The notes under the pieces: model-generated | What the model was told of the DNA's origin: nothing | The model's input: the letters and a program-made list of their open reading frames with translations, nothing else | The model's database searches: none | Position numbers and translations under genes: made by a program | Shown here: piece by piece, positions 41,346 to 53,620 of the stretch | How positions within the stretch are numbered: the stretch's first letter is position 1 | Layout of the letters: each line of letters starts with the position of its first letter | Assembly: GCA_964019335.1 (NCBI GenBank) | Contig: OZ025736.1 | Span: 310,001-374,000, forward strand | DNA length: 64,000 nt | Origin: Diplonema japonicum | Taxonomy: Eukaryota > Protista > Euglenozoa: Diplonemea | Direction of reading: 5' to 3'

Positions 41346-42917
41346 TCATCGAGGGGGGATGCTAGATGCAGAGGGTCTAGACGCGATGTGCCTCCTTTGA
41401 GGGGGTTCAGCGTGGCCGTTATGCGGGGTAAGGTCCGGGTCCGGGGTTTTCTTTGGAGACCATATCTGGAGGATGCCATTGCTGCATGTGGTGGCAATTG
41501 CGGAGTTGGGGAGGAATGCCGCACCTAGCAACGGTGCCCCTGCATGAAGCCTCTCTAATACAACATCAGCATCCACCTCAGGCACAGCGTATCGTGTTTT
41601 CCAAGTAGGTGCCGGTGTTACCGACGTACCACCGTCACCTTCACTGGGAACAGAACTCGCAGCATCTGACAGTTGAACCTGTGTTGGGGACAGCGTGGGA
41701 GAAGCTTCAAGTTCCCCTGCCAACCCTTTGGCATCAACGTCCCAAAGGTACAACCTTCCATCTAAACAAGCGCTTGTTACAGTCACACCCCCGTCTGAAG
41801 CACGAATTGTGCTAGCAAAGACATCTGATACCCAGTTCTGCGGGCCCACTAGATACGCAAGTCGAGCGAAACCCACTGAAGAGTAGAATGCAACTGTGTC
41901 GTCTTGAGCACCGACTGCCAGAAATCTCCCGCAGGGCGTCCAAGAACAGCATGTTGCAGCGCCGAATCTGGTTGCTAGCTTTGCAACTACTTTGAATCTT
42001 GAGGTGTCCACAATATAGCAGTGTCCGTCTCTACCCGCTGCGGCTATCTTATCATTGACAGCGGAGCCTGATTGTGGGATGGACATGTGAAGGATGGCTT
42101 GTGTCGACAATCGCAAGCACAGAACAGGGTTGCACCCCGGTTTATTTTTCTTAACGCTTGGAAGTTTCTCATCCTCGTCGTACTTCAACGCTTCAACTGT
42201 TTGGTTTGCAGTGCAGTGCTTGTACACAGCACCCGATAGATGCCCGGAAAGAAACGTTGTGTACCCCGGCAACCATAGGAGAGATGAAACCCCGCATTCC
42301 TCACCGGGAGAGGACCGCTTCACCTTTTCACGTGTTGGCGGTGAGGTCACCCTTAACGTGAAACTGCCAGTTGGGAGGTTGTAAAGTAAAATATCACCGG
42401 ATATGAAACCAAAAAGAATGTCGAAGTTAGAGCTGATCGTGTGGGTGAGAAGAAGGGAAGAGAAATGGATCTGCGCAAGCGACGTCGGATCACTACGCCT
42501 GTCCAGCTGTGTTATGGACACAGAGGAACTGACCACATTATCATGGTTTGAAACCGCTGTAACAAGCGGTGCTTGCGAAGGTGAGTAGTTTTTGGGTCGA
42601 AACGAGCACCTCAGAACGAGGTCTGTTGCCTGCCACGGGCGTTTTTTTGAAGAAGAGTAAAGTACGCTTCCTACCATTCCCACTGCGCTGCTGGCTTCCC
42701 TCTCTGAAGGCGAGAATGTTAGATCTGGGTTTCCCTCTGCCCAACTCAAGTGGCTGCTTGGTAAATCCTGGCTTTTCTGCCTCCTTACCGAAGATTCGTC
42801 ATCCATGAAGAGGCCCAACTCATATCGAACTTTACCGCCTGCCACGCCCACAACCTCCCCAGGTAGGTTAAACCCCGTAACCCGGCGGTGGAGGTAGCTC
42901 GTTTCATTTGCACGCAT
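41346..42917 (-). CDS. WD40 protein, WDR20/DMWD/CreC-like
   Basis: Motifs ILFGFISGDI, FLSGHLSG, NPV, FGAATCCSWTPCGRFLAVGAQDD, NWVSDV and DGRLYLWD. Start codon uncertain. Confidence 0.75.
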   Translation of the reverse strand: MRANETSYLHRRVTGFNLPGEVVGVAGGKVRYELGLFMDDESSVRRQKSQDLPSSHLSWAEGNPDLTFSPSEREASSAVGMVGSVLYSSSKKRPWQATDLVLRCSFRPKNYSPSQAPLVTAVSNHDNVVSSSVSITQLDRRSDPTSLAQIHFSSLLLTHTISSNFDILFGFISGDILLYNLPTGSFTLRVTSPPTREKVKRSSPGEECGVSSLLWLPGYTTFLSGHLSGAVYKHCTANQTVEALKYDEDEKLPSVKKNKPGCNPVLCLRLSTQAILHMSIPQSGSAVNDKIAAAGRDGHCYIVDTSRFKVVAKLATRFGAATCCSWTPCGRFLAVGAQDDTVAFYSSVGFARLAYLVGPQNWVSDVFASTIRASDGGVTVTSACLDGRLYLWDVDAKGLAGELEASPTLSPTQVQLSDAASSVPSEGDGGTSVTPAPTWKTRYAVPEVDADVVLERLHAGAPLLGAAFLPNSAIATTCSNGILQIWSPKKTPDPDLTPHNGHAEPPQRRHIASRPSASSIPPR

Positions 42918-42977
42918 TGTTGAGAAGTTATATATGTATTTTTTTTTTTTTTATATATGTTATTGCATATGGGTGTG

Positions 42978-43010
<33 letters not shown>

Positions 43011-43659
43011 AGGAATTGTTTTTTTCTTTGGAGGGGGGGTTTTTTTTTTCTTTTTAAGGTTTTTGTCAATGGCATAGCAGCTAGGTGTTTGAGGCTTGCT
43101 TTTTTTTTTTTGCTCCAAAAATGTTGGTCAATGGAATATGGTTTATTAATTATTACTAATAATAAAAAAAGAGAAGAGGGGGGGGGGATGAAAATAGAAG
43201 AGGAATATTTTTTTTTTTTGCAGTTTTTCCTTTTTAGGGGTTGTTTTTTTTCTAAAAAAAAAAAAAAAGAGAAAAAAAAATGAAGGGGAAAAAAAAATAA
43301 AAGAAAGAATTATGGAGTTCTCTTTTTTTTTTTCATTTCCTTTTTTTTTTTTTTTTTTGGTTGCATTGTTTTAAAATAACTGAAAGGAAGAAGAGGGGGA
43401 AAAAAAAAAGAAAAAAAACCAATGCTCTTTGCTTTTCAAGAAAATCTATTTGCGACAACAAGAATAAAACAACTAACGGAAAGGGGAGGGGGGGACGTGC
43501 TAGCCAACAACCCACCAAAGAAGAGAACGAAGAAGACTGAGAGAGAAGAAGTTTTAAAAAAAATTTTTTTCCTCGCTGTGTGAAAAGGGGGGCACACAAA
43601 ACTCCCAACAGTTAAATTTCATGTGACAGAGGGAGCATTAGAAAGTGGTAAAGTAAGCA

Positions 43660-43693
<34 letters not shown>

Positions 43694-43972
43694 CACCTTT
43701 CGTCGTTTTAACTCATTCTTGCTGCCCCTATGGCCGCTTTCAAGACCTGGGTCAGCGTTTCGAGGAGGTGAAATAAAATATTTATGAGTTAAAGGAAATC
43801 TTTGTGAGACAACCCTTTATTCTCATCCACTACCTGCGCCCTTCTTTCTCTTGCCCATTGCTCCTTCAACACTCTTAGGGGGTGCTTGGTCTTCAGTGAT
43901 GTAAATGTCCCCTCCTATTCCACCAGATCCCTGCCTTCGCACTCTCGATGGATTGCAGTGAGTGTACCCTCG
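43694..43972 (-). mobile_element. Degenerate retroelement-like 3' fragment followed by a ~31-nt A run
   Basis: The frameshifted translation HSLQSIESAKAGIWWNR/SLKTKHPLRVLKEQWARERR resembles the C-terminus of the 51313-51968 ORF. A sense-strand poly(A) follows. Confidence 0.45.
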
Positions 43973-44211
43973 AAATAAAATATAAAATAAATAAAAGTAA
44001 GTACTGATCAGACGGTTAGAAGGAATAATAAAAAAAAAATTAAGTTGGCAAAAAAAAAAAGAGGATATAATTATCAGGGCTTTGGTTGTTGCGCTTTTTC
44101 AAATTTTCGCATCGCAACGAAGGAACAAAAAAAAAGAAAAAAAGAATACCCCCCCCTTTTTATCTTTTTTTCTTTTAAAAATTTAATTTTTTTTTAAAAC
44201 TTTTTTTTAAA

Positions 44212-44246
<35 letters not shown>

Positions 44247-44436
44247 GATGATTTAAAGGAAGCCGGTGGGGGCACCCTGCACAAGCACCATTTACTTGAT
44301 TACAGGGGGCGCACCTCGGCCTAGCTGTAGCTTCTTCTGCGTTCCGCGTCGTGTCCTTAATGCGTGCGGTAAATAAAAAAAAAAAAAAAAAAACTTAACC
44401 CCTCCCTTCCCATGTACTCTTCACAGAGAAGCAGAG

Positions 44437-47400
44437 TTAGAACAATTTATCTCCTGCAGGGTCCTTCGCGCTTCCAAGCAAATAAAGAATTGACAGGGTG
44501 AAGCAGACACAGAGGCCTACAGTAATGGCCCACAGCAGCCGAGTGTTCCAGTTTCGAAGAACGGTCACGGGACCGAGGAAGAGGAGGTAGCAGGGAAAGA
44601 TGCACAGACTGTGGAAAGATGAGATCAGCGTTACCATGATCATTATCTCTGCGATCCGGCGGTAGACCAAAATTTCACAGAGAAGGATAACACAGCTCGC
44701 CAGCAGAATGGTGCTGCAGGACACAGCCACCGGAACCCCCGTCCGCTGCAAGGCACCCGCAACTGCGGCCTCCCTTGTTGTCTCTCTTGCGAGTAGGCTT
44801 GATTGTGTAGCATGTATGTACTCCAAGTACCCCTCCATGATATGGATAGTGTACTCTGCAGCAATGCCCACCAGAAACGTTAGGCCAACCTGATTTTTTT
44901 TTTCTTTTTTTTTTTTTTGAACTATACCTGCTCCGGGGGTCCCAGTTCCCACCCCGCTAGTTTCATATATGACATTGTCAGGACCACGATTCCCATTCCA
45001 GACAGAGACGCCAGCACCTTTTTTTTTTTTTTTTTTCTTTTTTTTTTCTCTCCCATACCATCAATAACAAAGAACATGAAAAGACAATCGCGATCGCGGC
45101 GAACGCAGAACCACCCAAACCGATAGCATAAAGAGTACCGCTTCTTGCTTGTTGCTGCGAGAAAATTGGAACAGGATAATTTAAAAAAAAAAAATAAAAA
45201 TAAAAAAAAAAAAAAATACCTCTGTAAAGTACTCAATCCACAAGGGAGACCATTGGAAAGGGCCTCCAAGAAGACCTGCTTTCCCTGAGTCGATATTTGT
45301 CACAGTCTTCATATAGTTCTCCCACCGATCGTACGTAGAGCGGACGTTGTTGCGCTGCTGGACGTCAGCAGGCAGCTTGAACCGAAGCCGTACCCAAGCA
45401 ACCCTGAAGGGGTTGGTTACATCCTGAAGATATGAGGGATCGGAAGTTGTGAAGCCTATGTAGTCCGATTTCTGCTTTTTCACGACAAACTGGTACAGTA
45501 TCCAGTCGACCCAGGGTTCCATGCAAGGGAAGCGCAGCAGCCTTATCTCTTCGTTCGTACCTCCTTTGTACAGCTCTTCTTGACACCTCTCGCCACATTC
45601 TTTCATCATCTTTGGCAGTTGTGTGTCTCTGTAGACCACTACCACGTGTGACGCCAAGTACTGCGTCCAGTCATACATTACACATTCTCTGTGCGATTGG
45701 TCTACATACTTGAGACCATCTGCGTTATTCAGCATTCTGTTGCATCTGTCATTCAGCCACGCTTGAGAGTACCTAAAATCGAAGTCCTCTGCCCTTGGTA
45801 TGCTCCCAGACATGAGGGTCGATGTGCCGTCCTGGAAAAAGGAGGATGTGTGGGTGTGTGTGTTTTTGTTGTAATACTTCGTTGTAGGCCCATGTGTCTT
45901 CCTTTATGTTGGCGCCTGACTGTGGCTTCAAACCGGCAACGATTTCGACCTGCGTGTGGGAGAAGTTTGAGGTTTTAAAAAAAAAGGGGGGAGTGGGTGG
46001 GTACCATAAGCGGTTTCTCTATGTCGTCGCCTTCGGGGAACTCACACTCGCAATTCCCCGTGCCCCCGCACTCCCCGCAGGAGTCCGCCGGGACGCCGTC
46101 GTCGCACCCCAAACAGTTGTTGTTGAGGTACCCCGTCGAGTTGATGGTACTGAACATGTTGGTGCACACACCGCAATTATCCCTCCACTGTTTTTGTTTT
46201 GTTTTGTTTTGATTTGTTTTTTTGTTGTACCTTGAAGTGAGTGTCTGTAGCAGAGACCCCGTCGCATCCTAGGATTTCGCCTTGATTGTTGCAGGAAACG
46301 TGGCCAGCGGCGATAAGCTGTTGGGGGATCGAGGCGGGGAAGATGCAAATATCGCACTTGTCACCTCCCCAGTTCCCGAAGCATCTCTTCCCGGTCCCTG
46401 CACCGCAGAACTTGTACTTGTCGGGGACGTCTTCGTCGGCCGCGCCCTTAAGGCTGAGAGGGTAGGGCAGAGGGCAGTGCGAGTGTTCTCGGCATGTTTC
46501 GGGGCAGGTTGAACAGTCGTCACCCCCCCACACCCCACCGACGCATATGCATGCCACGGATCGCGGGTCGGACACTGTGTCGAGCTCAGGACAGATTCCG
46601 GAGTTGGAACACGAATTCAGCTCGCAGTTCTTTCCGCCCCAGCACCCGATGCACACGCACTCCCCGTCGACTTTCTTGCCCCTCTTGTTGCAGTCTAGTT
46701 CCCACCTGCAGAACAAGCCGTCTTCGAAATCAGGGTCGCACACACATTCGCCGGTGGCATGATCTAGCTCACCGTGGTCGCATTTGCTTCGCTGCTTATG
46801 CGTGCAGTTGAGGCCGACACCCGCAATGCTCTCCACCCCGCGTGGGATGGAGTAGGTCGAGGTGTTTGTTGTGTTCTCGTCGGACTCGTATTTGAACCTG
46901 TCACACATCGTGCACATGCACCGCCCCTCGTCTTGTGTAGGTGCGAATGTCGGGTCAGTGCTGCACTTGCACCCGCAGTCATCGGTGCCGTTCGATGCGT
47001 TGCCGCCGACTTGGCAGTCGTTGCTGCACAGCTGTGTGCCGTCAGGCCAGGTCTTCAGCTCATCGATGTCGGTAGGGATGAAGCCCTCCGCGCATACCCC
47101 GCAGTCGCCCGACTTGTGGAGTATTGGGTCGTATTCCTCACCCGGTGTGTGCGCCCAGAACCCTAGGTTGTAGCTGCTGTGGCACACGCACTCTCCAGTT
47201 ATGGGATCGCACGTGCCCCTTTCCTGCCTACATGTCTGAATGGTGCACATCACGTTGCAGTTCGCCTTGTACCCCGCGGTCCCCGGTGTCCCTAAAGGTC
47301 TCGGGAAGTGCTCTTTCTTTGCGTTATCCTTACCTTCCAAGAAGCACAGGTTGCAGTTGCCATGTTTAGGCTTTGTGGCACACATTGCAGACTCGTCTTT

Positions 47401-50400
47401 GCATTTGTTCTTCACCGGGACAAGGGAGAGGCCACACCCGGTGCCTGTCTTGACGTAGACCGTTGTGCCCTCAGAGCCGGGAAGGTAGCAGGTCCCACAG
47501 TCGTCATAAACCCAGCCTGCGGTGTAGTTGGTGTTGACCGCGCCGCAGGGCTTAGCTTGGTCTACACAGTAGCCCTCTGACCATCTGCAGGGGTTGCTCT
47601 CGCAGGTTGTTTTCACCGTGTGCACCATGCAGTTAGACTGCTGCCCCACGCAATCCACGCATTGGTTGCCGCCACCGCAGATACCACATGTGTCCATTTG
47701 GTTGAACATCTGTTTCCCGCAGGTCTCGTAGGCTTGCTTGTCGCTAGACAACTGCGTCCCGTGTGGATTCCCTTTCCCGAATGGCGCTGGGAAGTCAGTG
47801 TACGGCCTGTGGAACGGACCGCAGTAGTCGCAACTTCCTTTGATGGGGAACTGCTCCCTGACCTCCTTGAACTTCTCGTAAGTGCTTTGGTAGTCGAGCA
47901 AACGCGGCGCTTCCGGGCTGGCTTCCAACTGTGACAGCACCAAGATGATGAACAGCAAAAGCTTTAACGCGTACCCTAGCAAGATGAACGGGTACGCCGC
48001 TCCTAGAAAAGGCGTGTACACATTGTAGAAAAACCTCTCTAGTACGGTATAGCCTTCGTGCTTCTCACGCTTGCCCATGATGCGGCGGTCTTTTTCTTCG
48101 CGGGTCTCCCCCACACGCTTCCCGAACCTTCCGAACCTCCTCTTGACTTGCCCCCTGCGGGTCCACCAGTCGGACACCAACGTGCAGCAGTTGGTAAGGT
48201 TGCTCCACCAAGTGGTTTTCGTGTTTTGTTGCTTTGTGTTTACCTCAGGCGCGTTGCCCAACGGTACCTCTCTGAACGTCTCGTCGTTGTTGCGGTTGCT
48301 GTTGTCTTGTTCGCCCGCCTGGGCGGCGTTGCCCTCGGCCACGGGGAGTGGGTCCACTTCCTCAGCGGTGATAGTATCATCCCTTGCGGCTTCCTCAGGC
48401 ATGTCCCACTCGATGCCGCTTGTGACGTGTCGCACCTCGTCGTTCGACTCTGCGATTATCTGCGCGATCATCGGCAGCTTCTTCACACAGTCAAGCTTCC
48501 TCTGCGAAGAGGGATCGACGAAGAGGTCCTCGCCAAGGTAGGTCGAGACGTGCATGTTCTTGCTCTCCTCATCCCAGTGCTGTCTGTACCTGTCTCTGTA
48601 TGTGGCCATGTCCACTGCTCCTTCAAATGTGTCAGTCTGAGCTGGCAGTGTGAGGCTCTTTGCTATTCCGGTCTCCAAAGCCGTGTAGGGAACGGGGATC
48701 TGGATGATGCTGCTGTAGGGCTGCTTCCTGCGGCACCGTTGCGGGCGGGTCATGGCACCCGAGAACTGCTCGAACGTGGCCTCCTGCTCGGCGGCGATCT
48801 CTTCAGTGGTCTTCTGTTTCTTCGGGCGGAGCTTTGCTTGTAGCTTCCCGAAACGTCCACCTGCTTCGCCAAACATAACCTTCAGCTTGTCCGCGTCTGT
48901 CTCCGTTGCAGGAGCAGGGAGAGGAGGCTCTTCGATGGCTGTGTACATGGTGGGGACGTTGTTCGTTTTCCTGCTAATTAAGTCGAAAGCACGGAGCGTC
49001 TGGCGAAGGATGGGCGGGTGCACAAGATGGCGGCGGCGAAGCAAGATCTCCTTCCTGCGTTGCGTGTTACGCCTACGGCGCGACACATGGTAGTGATGAA
49101 GGATCAAGACACACGGGAAGAAGGTGAGAAACATGTAAATATTAATTAGCATAAGCCACAGCATGAATACACCGTTGTCCCGAATTGCGGGGACGGGTGA
49201 GATGGCGTTCATGATGAACGCGACGCCTGCGGTGATGTGGGAAATGGTCACGCCCGCACCGGCTTTTCTGAAACAGAAAGCAAGGCGCTGGGGAACGTTC
49301 AAGGTGTTCTTCCTCCCGTTGGTCTCCATAAACGCAGACTGCCGAAACGTGTTAAAAAACACCATGACCCCGTTGAGGCTTACAGTCATCAGCACATAAA
49401 ACGAGAGCAGTGTGAGTAACGACAACGGTTTGTCCTTAGTTTTTATATGTATGAATGTCCCGGAGAAGTACGTCAAAGTAAGTTGAAATATAGCCATCGT
49501 TGCTATAAAGAAGGAATGGGTGTAGAACCAACACGCTCCGAGCACTATCATGACAGCCATGAACACGTACCAGAAGTCCTTGTCCATTGCCTCGTCTAGC
49601 TTTGATTCTAAGATACCATCACCGCCAAATGTGACTTGAAGATTCGGCGGGATATGAGTAAGCCACAGCCTCTCCAAATTACTCTTTGACGGTGTAGGGT
49701 TGCCGTCGGCAACAGCGGAGACAACTGCGTCCAAATATGCTGTTAGAAAGCTGTAAAATCTGTTGAGGTGCTTTTGAGCCTCCGATTTCGACGTTATCTC
49801 CTTCCCGTCAACGACGAACGGACGGCCGATTATAATCTGAGAACGCAGGAGTAGTGATGTCGATGCAGAACTCCCGTCTTTGTTTTGGTACGCATCTGTG
49901 AACCAGTTCCACGAAGGATTTTGGCTGAAAAGCTTCAGAACGTCCTCTTCGTGTGTTTGAAACACGTCAGGGTCGACCCGTTGATCAGCTGGACCGTCGA
50001 GCGTTTTATAATGAAAATCCCAGAACAATCTCCAAGGACTTCCTGCTATCGTGTCGGACTTAATATCCCCAGGGAAATAATATTGTGCGAATGACGTAAA
50101 CGGCGTGCAGGGTCTGTTGTCAACAAGGGTTGAAACTCCGTTCTTTCGGGTGCTTTTGTAGCAGACTCCCCAGAATAACGGGAGTATCCGGATTCGCTGC
50201 TCAACTTGTTTTATGAAACGGAGGTAGTCCTCGCGTTGCAAAAGGTTGAACTCTTCCCGGAACGATTTTGCCTTCTCCTCGGAGTTCGCGCACTCCCGGA
50301 GCTTGTCCTGATCCCGGACTTTAATTTTAAATTGAAGATCAACACGTTTCCAAGGAAGCCCTTGGCTTGACACCGAACTTACTTCAGAGTCTAAACCGGA

Positions 50401-50787
50401 TTCCTCATTGTACGCGTATACTTCTAAAATTCTGTCCCAGTCTGTACTTGCAGCTTCGACAACATCCCGCTTGCGTACAGTTGAATGGTCTGAAATTTCA
50501 AAACTCTCGAGGAGGGTGTCAAAGTCCATTACATCACTGCTGAAGAGGCTCACGCAAGTTAGGAAGAATGGGATGACGCTGAAGACTAATATGCAGATAG
50601 TTGGGTAGCTGGCGATGAGGGTTGTATAGGCGTATGTGGGGTATCTTTTACCGATGACCGGTGTCGGCCGTTGTGGTAGCCCTCGAGACGACGACGCCCC
50701 CCCCGTTGCCACTCCTTGCCCTGGTGCTCCCACCGGCGCTACCTGCCCTTTTTTATTCATCCTACCCAAACTCCCTACCTGCCCCAT
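44437..50787 (-). CDS. Dispatched/Patched-family (RND, sterol-sensing domain) 12-TM protein with a large EGF-like Cys-rich extracellular insert
   Basis: 1+5+1+5 transmembrane pattern, SSD-like ISPVPAIRDNG, TM10 GIAAEYTIH and EGF-like repeats. Six introns (46188-46230, 45950-46004, 45832-45877, 45155-45219, 45018-45058, 44890-44927) restore a single frame. Confidence 0.85.
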
Positions 50788-50984
50788 TTTTTTTCTTTTT
50801 TTTTTTAAAAAGAATTATTTAGTGTAAAAACGGCGGTTGGGATCGCTGGGGGGGGGGGGGGGGGGAGAGGGGGGGAAGGGGGGATTCTTTTTTATATTAA
50901 TTGTCCCTTCTTCTTCTTTTTTTTTTAATTCTTCTTCTTTTTTTCTTCCCCCCGCCCGGGCCCCCGCCCCTCTCCCCACCTCCT

Positions 50985-51016
<32 letters not shown>

Positions 51017-51312
51017 GTTTTGGTGTGTTGATTTTTTTTTTTAATGCGAGTATTGGGTGGGGAGGATAAATAAGAGAATAAGAAAAAAAAATTATTAAAA
51101 TAATGGAAAAAAAAAATGTGAAGATTCAGATGGGGGGGGGGGGGGGGGGATGGGTGGGATAACAGAAAAAATTATCATCTCATAGTGAAACCCCTGTCAC
51201 AAAAGAACAATAAAAAAAACCAACAATAAAACATCATCAAAAAAAAAAAAAAAAAAAAAAAAGAGATGAGATAAAGGAGGTTCCTGTTTTGGAACGTCCC
51301 CCTTGTCTCTAC

Positions 51313-51967
51313 TTATCTACCCCTTTCTCCCTTCTGGGGCCTCGGCCTTTCTTTCTTTTTTGGCTGTGTTGCCTTTCTCAAAATATCCTCCCTTTCTTCT
51401 TGCCACTTTCTGCCCAGTTTCTTAAGGTCCTTCTTGGTTTTCTCTGATGCAAAAACTGGCCTTCTGTTCCATCCCAGACTCTTCTTCGCACCTATGGTTC
51501 TAAGCGCGTGGTTCTTCTGGCTCTCCGCTGGGAAGATCCGCTTGCCTCTGACCTTCTTCTGTATACGTGCCGTGTCCCACCCCTCTTGGATTCTTTCCAG
51601 GAGGCCGTGGAAACTCCGCGCTTTCTTCTGTATCATGTCTAGATCACCCTTCTTCCCCGTGATCGGCTCGACGCCCAGCGTCTTCTCGAAGTCTAGTACG
51701 AGTTCCATTGTGGTGACTGTCGTCTTCCTCGGTCCATCGTACCACTTCAGCTTTCTGTGCCACTTGACGATGTCTTCACCGTGCTTCATCATCAGGCTCC
51801 CGCTCACATGCTTCCTCAGCTCCTTCCATTCAGGTGGCGCATGAGCGTTTCCTTCCGTTATCTGTTCCCAGGGGTGGGTCGTGTACGTTTCTAGCATTCT
51901 CTTGTCCTGGAGAAGCTGGTCTCGTTTTGCCACCACTTCCAGCAAGTAGTACTGCGTCTTCCTCAGC

Positions 51968-51968
<1 letters not shown>
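51313..51968 (-). mobile_element. Start-less ORF fragment resembling the C-terminus of a non-LTR retrotransposon protein
   Basis: About 218 open codons begin directly after a homopolymer run with no ATG at the boundary. The ORF is Lys/Trp-rich (KWHRKLKW..TTMELVLDFEKTLG), has a decayed homologue at 43.8 kb and ends in a 3' hairpin. The family assignment is a recalled resemblance only. Confidence 0.45.
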
Positions 51969-52017
<49 letters not shown>

Positions 52018-52339
52018 AGAGAAACGGACGTAGACCACGGTCTTTTTAGCGTCTTGCTAGCGACAAGTAAGAAGACAAAACCAAGCTATCGAATACTTAT
52101 GACGGTGAAGACAGAAAAAAAAAAAAAAAAGAAAAAGAAAGAAAGGGTTAAAACTGTGAGGATGGATTACTCGTCTTTACGTTAGTAATGCACCTCATCA
52201 CCTTGCCTTTCCTCAAAATACCCTGGGGTTCCCTCTCACAAAAAAAAAAAAAAAATCGATCTCTTAACGTCAATGTGACACAAGTTAAACGGCGCTCAGT
52301 AACGACGCAGTCGCTTCCAAGTACATGGTTGGGGGGGGG

Positions 52340-52510
52340 GGGGGGGGGGTGGCCCCATCCTGTTTTGAAAGGTCGGTCTGTGCCTAGGGTGACGACAAGT
52401 CTCCCTGCAGAGCACCTGTCACCCTGGCACAAACTTCCCTGAAATGACTCGCTTAAGGGGAGGTGTCGTTACGCACCTAGACCCAGCCAAAGGTCTTGCT
52501 GCCCCTTTGA
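52340..52510 (-). ncRNA. Structured dispersed element, copy B
   Basis: Shares the core AGGGGCAGCAAGAC..GTC..AGGTG-GTAACG-CACCTCCCCT..AGCGAGT with copy A, followed by a ~17-bp hairpin. Confidence 0.45.
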
Positions 52511-52959
52511 AAGAACGGAAAAACGCAAGAATTGAATTCCATCATTATTTTCATTTTATATTTTCTTCCCTCTTTTCGCACAAAAAAAAAAAATGTGGAG
52601 CTAGCTCATGTGATTTATTATTTCAGTTGCGTTTTTTTACTTTTTTACTTTTTTTTTTTTTTTTTTTTTGTGCTCCCGTTTGTCGGGATTTCGGGGGTGG
52701 TGGGTGGAACAGGTGACAGGTTTCCTTTTTTTTGTTCTTTCATGGAAAGAAAAACAAAAAAAATAACACCGTTTGAATAATAATGTAATATAATAATATA
52801 AAAAAACCCCCCCTCCCCCCCCCCCTTTTTTTTTAATATCAACCAGAACCCTTGCCATCGCAGGGAACGTTAAAAAAAAACCCTTTCTTTTTTCTTTGAA
52901 TTTTGATTCTTTCTTTTTCTATTCAAATTCCCTTTTTTCTTTCATGTATTTTGTGGCAA

Positions 52960-52991
<32 letters not shown>

Positions 52992-53537
52992 TGTAGCTTT
53001 GGCTGTTTGTTTTCCTGCATTCAGGATATAACTAATCCTGGACGGGCTTTATTTCTCGAGAAACCTTTCCCGTTCGCTTTTTTGCAGCTGTACATGAAAG
53101 CGTTTCTGCTTGTGCTGTTCAAGGCAAAACGGGAGGGGGAAAAAAAGAAAAGAAAAAGCGATGCTTTTAGGGAAACCCCACTACTTGCGGACCTTCGCTT
53201 TCGTCCAAAAGGGGTTCCACTCGTGTATCTTCCCGATTCGTTTTTTTGATCTTTCGTGCTTTTCTGTTTCTACGTCCTTGCGTCACTCCTAGTGCTCTGC
53301 GTGTGCGGCGCCTGCGGGGAAGAAGGGGGGGGACCTTCCCGCTGATAAAAAGAGATTTTACATGTTACAAAACCACATTTTATATTGCTAGACTTTCTGT
53401 TTTTTTTTTTTTTTTACTTCTAAGAAATGGGGTGTATCTCTCTTCTTTTTCTCCCCCCTCCAACTTTTTCTGTGAAAAAAAAAAAAGACACTCAGACCCT
53501 TTAAACCACAAGGGTATTACAACATAAGTAAAGGACC

Positions 53538-53573
<36 letters not shown>

Positions 53574-53620
53574 AAGTGAAACCATTCTGTTGAGTAATTC
53601 TAAATATCCAAAACTTTTTT

